Assembly: GCA_002269645.1 (NCBI GenBank)
Contig: NIVC01001529.1
Span: 1-38,710, forward strand
Direction of reading: 5' to 3'
Source of the DNA: Macrostomum lignano
Taxonomy: Eukaryota
Length of the DNA stretch: 38,710 nt
Of this stretch, positions 1-9,615 are shown piece by piece. The notes beneath the pieces were generated by a model. That model was not told where the DNA came from and did no database searches. It worked only from the letters and a program-made list of their open reading frames with translations. Position 1 is the stretch's first letter. The number at the start of each line of letters is the position of its first letter. A program made the translations under genes and the position numbers.

Positions 1-1552
1 ACAGCACCTTGCGCAATACTGCGAGTCCCAGAATGCTGAGCTGTGCTTGGAGGGCGACTCAACGTGCACCACAAGCACTGGGCAGCAAAGACACCAATAC
101 TAGAGGGAGGAGCTTCTGGCCCTTATCTCTAACACAAACCTCATGCTCTGCAACTGCAGTAGCACTCCTACCTTTAACAATGGCAGATGGACTGAGGTCC
201 TTGACGCCACACTCGTTACCCCAAGACTCTTTGACAGAGTTGAGGAGTGGAGAGTCTGGTCTGAGGAGCCCTCCCTGTCTGACCACTGCTTTATCGCCTT
301 TAACATCGCAGACACTAAACCCCAGTCCTCGATTACTTGGAGGTGTAACATCCGCAACACTGATTGGGCGGCCTAAAAGGCTACCCTTGATCTGCACCTG
401 CAGGAACTCATGGACTTACATCCAATTGAGACCTGCAAGGATATGGACCAAGTGGCTGAGAAGCTGACAGGTTGCATTATTGCAGCTTATGAGGTGGCCT
501 GCCCTGTCCATGCCTACAAAGGCAAGACCTCGGTGCCGTGGTGGAACCCGGAGCTGGGGAAACTCAGGTGGAAGGCCAAAAGCCTTCACCGCCGTGCCAT
601 GAAGACCAGAAACCTGGAGGACATGGAGCTTTTCCAACAAGCCTCCCGCAACTTCAAATCTGAAGTGCGCAAGGCCAAGGAATGTAAATGGCGCCAATTC
701 TGCAATGAATTGGATCAAGACAGACCTACTTCTAGGCTTGTCAAGGCCCTTACAATGGACAAAATGTCCAAATTAGCCATGATCAGAAAAGATGATGGCC
801 CTCTTACTAAAGACCCTGAAGAAGTGCTTCAGCATATGCTTAGCACATTCTTCCAAGGGTACCCACTGCTAGATCGGAACCCAACCACTCAATGGATGGA
901 GCCACCCTAGCAGTGGGCATAATCACTAAAGACTTAATTGCTTGTGCGGTCAGAACCTTCAAGCCCTTCAAATCTCCTGGACCTGATGGTATCTACCCTG
1001 TTCTTCTTTGTGAAGCAGCCAAGATACCCTCATTCTTGAGACTTACCCGCAATCTCATGTGGGCTTCTATCTAGCTGGGATATGTTCCCAAGTGCTGGAC
1101 CAAAGCTCGGGTAGTCTTCATTCCCAAACCTGGGAAGGGTGACTACCAGAGCGTCAAGGCCTTTAGACCAATTAGCTTAACGTCAGCAATGCTTAAACTC
1201 ACTGAGAGGCTTATTCTCTGGTGGCTGCTTTCTTGCAAGCTGACAGCAATGCCTCTCAGCAATCATCAGTACGCCTTCCATACTGGGAGTTCGACTGACA
1301 GCACCTTGCATGCGATAGTCAAGAAGATTAAATGGGCGGTACTAGGTGATGGTTATGCCTTGGCTCTTTTTCTTGACATTGTTGGCGCCTTTGACAACGT
1401 TATCTTTAAAGTGTTTCAGAGAGCCATTCAAAATCGCAAAGCTCATGCTATCCTCATATGGTGGATCATGTACATGATCTCCAACCATACAGTCACTGCC
1501 CAACTTCTTGGGCAAACTGCCTCTGCCAGAGTCTATAAGGGTGGACCCCAAA
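1..1552 (+). pseudogene. Degenerate non-LTR retrotransposon ORF (APE endonuclease C-terminus plus N-terminal half of reverse transcriptase), R1/LOA-like
   Basis: Endonuclease motifs GDxN-HH..WGS.DTN.RG (frameshifted) and LSDH (about 275-286). Then VPWWNPEL, KPFKSPGPDGIYP, W..A.VVFIPKPGK.DY..VKAFRPISLTS, QYAFHTGSST, LALFLDIVGAFDNV and GPQ. In-frame stops at 374-376 and 1072-1074, frameshift near 900. Truncated before the YADD motif; the 5' part lies outside the window. Clade assignment is from motif resemblance only. Confidence 0.9.
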
Positions 1553-1639
1553 TAGGGTGTTACAAGCTTTCACATAAGAGCTAATTGAGATGGCACAGTG
1601 CAATTAAGTAGACAAAAGAACAAAAATCGCAATATAATC

Positions 1640-4600
1640 AAGTAAATACAAACCTGGGTGAGTGACATCAAGGCACAGATTGGCTCTACAAGGTCAATCA
1701 GGCACAGTAGATCAAAAACAAGTCGCTTCCGAAAAGCTTATACTGAAGTGGCGTGTTGTCTGAGCAGTTAAACCCTTCAGAAACAAAAGCATTGTAGAGC
1801 TCGGCATACACTTCCTCGATAGCTTTCCACTATGAAGTTGCAGAGAAAAGAAAGCGCTGCATCGCAAAACTGGACACAGCGCGCACTGTGCCCTCTGGCA
1901 TGGCCTTAAATGAGTGTGGATAATTGTGCAGAAGGCCCTTCTGTACAAAAGTTTAAGTGGACATTAAAAAGGTCCAGGTCTCTGGGCCATGCTGATGGAA
2001 TAATTGGCACAAAAGCCTTTCCAAATTTAAAAATATTTAAATTTACAGCTTAAACAATCCCTCAAATTTAAGTTGAAAGAATAAAAACCTTACCTGCAGC
2101 ATCAAAAATCCTCGACCCGGGCCAAAATGGTGAGCAAACAAGTTAGCACAACACATAAATTGCTTCAGCGTCGTCGCCTCTTCTCTGCTCCTGTTCCGCA
2201 TGTCATTGATAGCCAGATTGAGGAAATGGGCAATGTCCCAAATCACAAGGATTTAGCCATTGCCTCCTGAGTCAGAAAGTGTGTCGGCCACAATGGATCC
2301 AACTGGTATTGTCCATTGGCCACTACTGCCACAAGCCAGTCCAGTGGGGTGGCAAAAAAGGTCAGCAAGTCAAAGAGCCGCAAGAATGGGGCTTGTTAAG
2401 TAAAGATTTGTTTGCAGGCTGGGTTTTACTACTCTATTTGGTATAAATTGATATGAATTACTTTAACTGGCCATTTGGCTTCTTTATAACAGTACACACA
2501 TTACAAAAAGAAGAATTTGTAATTGCTACATAGAGCAAAAATAGTACCTGATCCATCCATGTCAGCATTATATACCTCAGACGCCCCAGCTGGGATAGAG
2601 ATGGCCACTCCAGAACTTGATCGGCACAACAGTATGATGGCCTGGTTAGTTATGCACCCTATTTTCAATTAGGCATCAATATTACCAAGGTTGACAAATA
2701 CAAGGTCTTTTGTTTAAATCATCCTGTCCCAACACAGTTTTGCTACGAGCGTACAAGAAAATCTGCTAACTTTTACCTGGTGTGCTTTTGTCACACATCA
2801 CGCAAAAGTTGGGCGGCCAACCAGTCGACAGAAGCGGCTTTTGGAGAAATGCAATGGTCATCACATCTAGGCATACCTTGAAAAGCTTTCACATCTCATA
2901 GCCAAAGTCCCTTAATAGTGAGGATAGGCAACATATGCAGTGTATTAAGTAATTAGGGAAACTTAGTTTGCATTTGTTTTATTAGTATTATAAAAATATG
3001 AATTTTAGAATATCTTGATCCCTCCTCAATAAAAATTGAGTAGATATTAGGCACACATGTAAAACTAACTAAAAAAGATTAAAGGTTCACCAGAATGCAA
3101 ACTTACGACCCATGGCAGATTTGCCCAATGTCAAACTTGCATGTAGACAAGAGGCAGACGAGCGTCTCAAAATGGCAGCTACCAGAAGTGGTTTCTATCG
3201 TTGCGATAGTGCAGCGCATAAGGCTGCGCACAATGTCAATTCCATGCCACTCATACATGCGCAACAGTCGGCCGAGTCGGCCGATCCGGCCGACCGATTT
3301 GGCGGCCAACCAAGGAAGTCGCAAAAATGCCAACCCGAAAAAACACCGAGTAGTAGTACTAAGTAGCTGACGAGGCATTTTGGCTTTATAAGACAGTCAT
3401 AGTTACTCCTGCCGTTTACCCAAAGTTGCGTTTATTTTGCTTTCGGGTTTTTTTACATGTAAGTCGCATTTTTGGCCAAAAACTACGTCGCATTTTTGTT
3501 AAAACTAAGTCGCATGGCCGACCGAAATTTGGAGGTTGCGCATGTATGATGCCACTTCTGCTCATTCCAAAGCCGGCACTTGACCACTGCTTGATGGTGC
3601 TGCGGCTGGCCATCTAAGTGCTGGCTGACATTGTATTTAAACTGGCAAAATTTGGGCCCACCAGCCAGCAAAGCGGCCATCCGATCCTTGCAGATAAGCA
3701 GGCCTGTACTCAAAGTGCCATCACAGGCCAGATTCCTGGATGGGAATAGTGATAGTGGTAACATGTTAACTCTAGCAAAATTGCCCCAGGATTTACATAA
3801 ATTGCTCTCAAACTGCACAGTACATCTATAGTCCAAAGATTACACAAGAACTTTGTAAAAAAATGTCCATCTTAGTCATGGCATTCTGAGTCATATCCGG
3901 GACAAGTTTTCTTTTTGCACACATTTTTGTAGCTCGTGACAATGAACTTCACTTACAGCGCACAGTATGTCTCAGCAACATTATGCCAAGTTGGAAGGAG
4001 GCCTCGTCTTTTCTGTTCCTCTACCCAAAGGTGCATACATGGCTTGCAATACACAATTGTGTCATTGCATGAAGGAGCCGAGTCCAGATGTTTGTGGCCC
4101 AGCAGCTTGCCCATAGTTTTCGCTTGTACCATGGCTGTCGATGATGACAAAATTGACTGATTGGCCCTTGCTTTAGCACTGGCTGCTGACCCTGCCTGGC
4201 CCTGCTCCGTGAGACATGCCAGGAGTCTCGCCTGCTTTGCTTGCTGTTCTGACATCTGCTCCACCAGAGCTACCAGTCTGTCTATACTATTAAGAGTGGA
4301 CGCAGACACATTTGGCGACAGTGGGGCCAACACTGCTGGCAAGGCCAGAGATGAATTCGCTGGCAATAGCATGGCCCGCGAGGTTGCCGACACAGGGCAA
4401 GGATGCCTGAAGGACGGGTAAAGGGGGCATGGCAGGCAAAGATGCTAAGGCACCAAACGAGCTCACACCGGCAGATTCAGCTGCAGGGGTCTCTGCCGCG
4501 CTAGAACTGCAGTTGGCCTGACTGCTGGACTCATTCCTGCTACGGAGATAGGGCAGGACCTCCCTATGGTCTTCCGGAAAAAACTTGGCCAAGGAATCGT

Positions 4601-5764
4601 CCTTATGATGCCTGTTAAATGCAATTAGGCAGTAGTAAGTTTCCTGTCAAAAAGCAAGTACAAGCATAATACAAGAAGTTTTACTTCAATGGTCTCCCTA
4701 CATCAGAGTAATTGGTACATGCTTGACTTACCATATATTCTGTGTATTTCATTTAAAAATTAAATCTGGGGAGCAATGCATTGAATAATAACGGTTTTAA
4801 CTAAAAATAGGTTAGATTCCCCAGGAGAAGCATGTGGCAATACTTTCGTAACAATTTAACACCCCAGGTGTTTCTACATGTAAATGTGCCAGATTTTTCA
4901 TGCACAAGCACTATTGAGTTCAGTTACCTTTACCTGGAAGTGTGCCTGGTCCATGAGCTAGCATCATTTCAAAAAATGCTACACTTGTTAGGCTCTAAGC
5001 TTCTTTGTAGGCAGCTAAGGCAGAAGTGATGGTATGGTTTAGTTGTCCTGCTTGGGCCAGCAGGGAGCACTGAGGGCTTGAAAAACTGGGCAGGAGGTTG
5101 CCCATTAGGCTGGCTAGCAGCAGGTTGCTTTGCTGCCATTCGTGCTGTAATGTAAGCCCATGCAGCCACTGCATTGTCTCCTGCTCCAGATGGTCTAGAA
5201 GAACCTATATGTATTGTTCAAGTGTTAGTTTAGTTTAGTTTAAATGTATTTGCATTTGCATACAATGCATTTGTATGAGTATATTTGCAAATATGCCAAT
5301 GCCAATAATGGCCCAATCAGTCCTGGGGGTCTGGCTGCATGGGCCACAGCACTGGATCCAGCTGGGAGCATATCTTTTCAATGAAGTGTTCGTGTTCACA
5401 ACTATAAGCCTAATCAATACATACATGTAACATGTGATGTGATATGTAGCACTATACAAGGTAATAGTATAGTATATGTAACTAAAAATAAGTAACCTAA
5501 TTACCAGCAGTTGGAGTCGTTGTTGTAGCAGGTGCAGTCTTAGACTTAGTCGTCTGCTGTAGCTGTCATTGAACCAGTAACACTAGTAGCACTAGCAGCA
5601 GATGTATATGTACATGTAGCAGCAGCTGTTTCAACAAGATCAATGACATCATCACAATCACTCACATGAGATTGTGAGCATGCTGTGTCACCTGTGTGAC
5701 TCTTATCCTCAATCTCAACCTCAAGCTCAGAGCTCATCTCTGGCTCAAACTCTTGTTCACTCAT
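1640..5764 (-). pseudogene. Decayed intron-containing hAT-superfamily transposase gene (TTF zinc finger, ZMYM1/ZNF862-like)
   Basis: Hand translation of the minus strand gives: acidic N-terminus MSEQEFEPE (5764); TTF-type Zn finger YCKPC...GTLSTG...QHLDGQPQHHQA (about 4050-3590); CTIATIETTSGSCHFETLVCLL; putative first catalytic Asp in PLLSTGWPPNFCVMCDKSTP (about 2780-2840); TNQAIILL..G..IPAGASEVY; VAVVANGQY (about 2310); WDIAHFLNLAIND (2202-2243, CxxH-equivalent); SSFAMQRF; DLVEPICALMSLTQ. GT-AG introns, several stops and frameshifts, C-terminal part missing. Confidence 0.75.
3252..3548. mobile_element. 297-bp hAT-type MITE inserted in the transposase coding sequence
   Basis: Perfect 14-bp TIRs CATACATGCGCAAC (3252-3265) and GTTGCGCATGTATG (3535-3548). 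Perfect 8-bp TSD ATGCCACT (3244-3251 and 3549-3556). Removing it restores the reading frame WNEQKWH-GIDIVRSL. Internal GTCGCA and GGCCGACCGA repeats. Confidence 0.95.
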
Positions 5765-6195
5765 ATTGCAGGGTTGCAGTCAACAAATTTCAAAATTCAC
5801 AATAGACAAGCAATAGCAATAATGAGAGATACACAGGGCTGCCTATTGAATTGAAAGGCAAGCCAATAATAAAACCAATTGAATCTCGACATAGTCCTAG
5901 CTAACCAAAGCCTCTCTGTTTACATTGTACATTGATGTGTACACTCAGCTCAAGCCCAACCCCCATTCCAGGGGAATCATTAAATTTAATTGCAACCCCA
6001 ACACAGAGAGGGGGTTATTTGCCTTGAATGTGAACCCACCCGTGCACCAACCCCCCCCCCCCAAAAAAAACAGTGCGCAGGTTGGAGGTTGAAGTGGCTA
6101 TTTTTACAAACAGACTGCAACCTCTCCACTGGAGAGGCAGAGTGGCCATAGAAGGGCCAAACTTGGTTCTACCCACCTGCTGTCTTGGCGATCTT

Positions 6196-6285
6196 TGTAT
6201 GCCAAGCTGTATGCCAAGCTGTACAACAAGCTGTACGCCAAGGGGCATGCCAGGCTCCTATGTATGCCAATTGTATGCCAATGGT
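6196..6285. repeat. TGTATGCCAA short direct repeats (probable hAT subterminal transposase-binding sites)
   Basis: Four exact TGTATGCCAA plus variants (TGTACAACAA, TGTACGCCAA), partly at a 12-bp period, about 90-180 bp inside the candidate TIR at 6369-6381. Confidence 0.6.
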
Positions 6286-8787
6286 GTAAGCCAGATCCCT
6301 CTGTACACCGGAAAATTCTGGCATACATGTATACCATCTGGAGTCTGGGATATATCTAAATTTCAAAATTGTATGACCCTATATCTTTAATAATAAAGGA
6401 CCTTTTTTGCATTGCAACATTTGATAGTTAACATGTATATTATTATAACAAATTATTATAACAAATTAATAAGTACCATTATTCAATAAGAACTTTGTCT
6501 TTTTTGTACCTCTTAACCATTCTTTTTTTTACAAAATAGATTACCTTTGTTACAAAAATGGGAACATACTTACACTAATTTAAAATAGCTTTGTATACCA
6601 TTTTTGTATCTCAAAATACAATTGTGTTTGGATTCAAGCCACACTCCAGATCATGTACCTTAATTTTGGGTATGTACTGGCCTTGCATATCAAAAGTAGG
6701 TGTACATAGTTGGCATGCATCACTCCAAGATTCTAAGAAAATAGGGCCTAGTCACTAGTGTGTGTGCATACCTAGTATGCACATTATCGAATCATGTAGA
6801 AGGGTTAGTGTTAAGTGAAAAAAGATGCAAAAGTTCAGTTTTAGGAGTAAATATCAAGCTTTCTAGGTTTTTAAACTTGTAGTAAGGCATTTAAACAAAT
6901 CTTTGCATGTATCAATTTTTCACAATAAATAATATTGGCAAAAAAGCAAAATATCAACCAAAATTTTAGCTAAAAAGTGGCCCTTGTGCAACCTAAAAAG
7001 GTAATTTATTGTTGCAGCACTAGTGTAGATTTGAGAGTGAGTGTGCATTTAATGTAGGCATGTATTTGTAATTCAATTTTTGTTCAGGTATGCACCTAGC
7101 ATGATCTAGACTATAGGATTTAAGCACAAAATATGCATGCCAATAAACTATAAAAGGCTGGTCTTTTATAGTAGAAAGGCTTATAGTAAAGTAAAGTAGT
7201 ATAGTAAAGGTTTATAGTAAAAGGCTGGCCTTTTATAGACATATTTCTATAGTGCAGAAGGATTTCCATTTATGATAGAAGGTAAATTTTTGTCTTTTCT
7301 TATATGACAATACAACAAGGGTCAAATAATTTTACTTTGGCTATATAACAATGCACAATATATATACCACAGACATTCTAGGAAAAAGCATGGAAATCAG
7401 TATACAAATAAAAGCGCCCATTGTACATGCATAGTAGCTGTTGGAACTTGCATTGCACAAGTTTGATAACTTGCAATACAAGCTTGGAACTTGCAGTTGG
7501 ACAATGGAGTTCTAATAGCTAGGATAATGGATAGGGCTTTACTTTTTATTCTAGCTACAAATTTGAATATTGATTGAATTTAAGAAATCATTACATAAAG
7601 TAAAGACTAAAACAAAAGGTGCACCAATGCATATTTGCTTGGCCTAAAAATAAAAAATGTTTTATGTTTTACTGCAGAAAGGTTTTAAAAATGGTTGTAT
7701 TATGCAGTTTTTATACTTTAACTATAGAAAAAATGTTAAAGATATATTGCAAATTTTGTTATTAATGAGCATTCTGACATAATTAAGTACTATATAGTGT
7801 ACCATGCAAAAATACTATAAAAACTTAATAAGTAATGTAAATGGTAGTAATATAACCATTCAAATTCACAAAGTCTTGTTGTGAACTTGTGAATACATGT
7901 AAAATATGATAGCATGACCAACATATACGATGATATGACATGCATGATGTACAATGTGTACAATAGCTAGCCTTAGTGTAAAATAGAAATTTCTATTGTA
8001 TGCCCATCCTTCTACACTTTGGATACCTTCCTCATTATAGCATTAGTTTAAATAAGGGCTCTTCATAGGAGCTTGGCTATTAGCTATATAGCTAATAAGT
8101 TGATAGGCTAACTTGTCTATGATAGAGGCTCCAATAAGATTTTTAAAGTTTTTTAGTATTTTTGTTTTCATTTGATAGATCTCATTTGCCTAATAAAAAT
8201 TTAGATAGCTTACTTTTGAAAGTTAGTAAAGCAATAAAAATTTGTAAAACTATCTTAAATTTCCAATGTTTTTGTATTTCATTTTGCCTATTATAATCAA
8301 GCACTATGATCATGTTTGCTTCAAAACTTGGATTTTTACTCATATTTTTTATTCAACTTTTTTACTCAGTTGTATTATTTGCTCAATGTCATTTTTTAGC
8401 TTTTTTATCCCTTACTTATTGAAAATGTGAAATCTAATATAGCCAGAATAAATATAAGTATACATTTGAATTGTTGCAAATTAATTGAAAGTTTTGAATT
8501 CCTATGCATTAAGTCTTTGTATTATACATTGATTCTATAAGATGTAATTCAATCTCTGATTGGATTTTAACATGTTCCAAAATTATGCTTCTGTCTAACT
8601 ATTACTTAACTTAAAGCATATTAAGATTGTCTTATGCTTGTAATTGGTATTGATCATAATTTTTGCTTCTAATCTGCTACCATAAATTAAAAGATTTCAA
8701 TAATTTCAAATAGTTTTGCAGGCGCACGGACTTGACTCCAGCATTCCCAAAAGCCTAAATATATATAGTGTCTAATTAATTAAAAAT

Positions 8788-8982
8788 ATGAATGGAGGCA
8801 GCTCAAACAATTCAAGTGGCAAGAGCACAAATCTGCCACTCATAGAGTTCAGCCATGCATCTTCTGACTCTGCAGCAGCCAATGGCGACAATGGAGGCAT
8901 TGTTGAGCAGAGCAATGCTCGAAGTCCCAATGGAATATTTGCTAATAATTTCCTTGGACCTGAGGAGGCTGCCAATATGAAG
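8788..8982 (+). CDS. Candidate upstream coding exon (MNGGSS...AANMK), possibly exon 1 of the FAM234-like gene
   Basis: ATG at 8788 after an acceptor-like TTTTGCAG (AG 8720-8721). Ends in AAG|GTTTGA, phase 0, compatible with the phase-0 acceptor at 9615. No recognisable homology, the donor is weak, and it lies in the CpG-depleted block unlike the other exons. Confidence 0.35.
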
Positions 8983-9615
8983 GTTTGATAATTAAATATT
9001 TGCAGATTATTTAACTTAATTAGGCACTTGCTGTTAATAATAGTCTTTTGAAGGCTTAAGTTTATGAGAGTTGTTAAGGGACTCAGGGAGGTTGTTGTGC
9101 TATCATTGTATGTAAAGCTAAAGACCAATGCACAGAGTTAAGACTGTTACACTGAGAAGATGCAAATGTTAGGACCATTCTACAACCTGTGTTAAGTGCT
9201 GTGCGCTTACCTACAGAGCACAGAGCACTGTACATCGTCCTCTTTGAGACCGTTTGAAACTAGTGACTCTAGCGACTCTTGTGACTTACAACTGTTGAGT
9301 CGCGACTGCATCACGTGAGTTGTAGAATCGTTAAAAGAGGTTCGCGAAAGATTCGTTCAAGAATCGTTTTGTTGGCGCTTAACTTTTGCTTGAGATGCGA
9401 CTTAAATTTATCAAGCATCGCAAATGCAAGCCTCAGAACGCCTTAAATACGACTCAACGGCCCTCAGAGTCGTTTTGGGGGTCGTAGACAACAAAAAACA
9501 CTTCAAAGGAACGATTAAAGGCGACTCTCTAACAACTTTTTGGCGACTTTTACCTTGACATCTTGTTGTTTAAGAGTGGTCTAAAGTCGTTGTTCACTGC
9601 AACGACTCCCCGCAG

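Larger units (their letters stand above)
1553..6381 (-). mobile_element. Putative extent of the hAT element (imperfect 13-bp TIRs)
   Basis: TAGGGTGTTACAA (1553-1565) versus TTGTATGACCCTA (6369-6381; revcomp TAGGGTCATACAA), 11/13 match with an hAT-like TAGGG start. Subterminal repeats lie just inside the right end. No 8-bp TSD, and the left motif could instead be decayed RT sequence (PQGGVL). Confidence 0.4.

Noticed and set aside
1560-1570. LTR start (TGTTACA) at the RT breakpoint
   Set aside because: No second copy of the sequence, no PBS and no gag-pol downstream.
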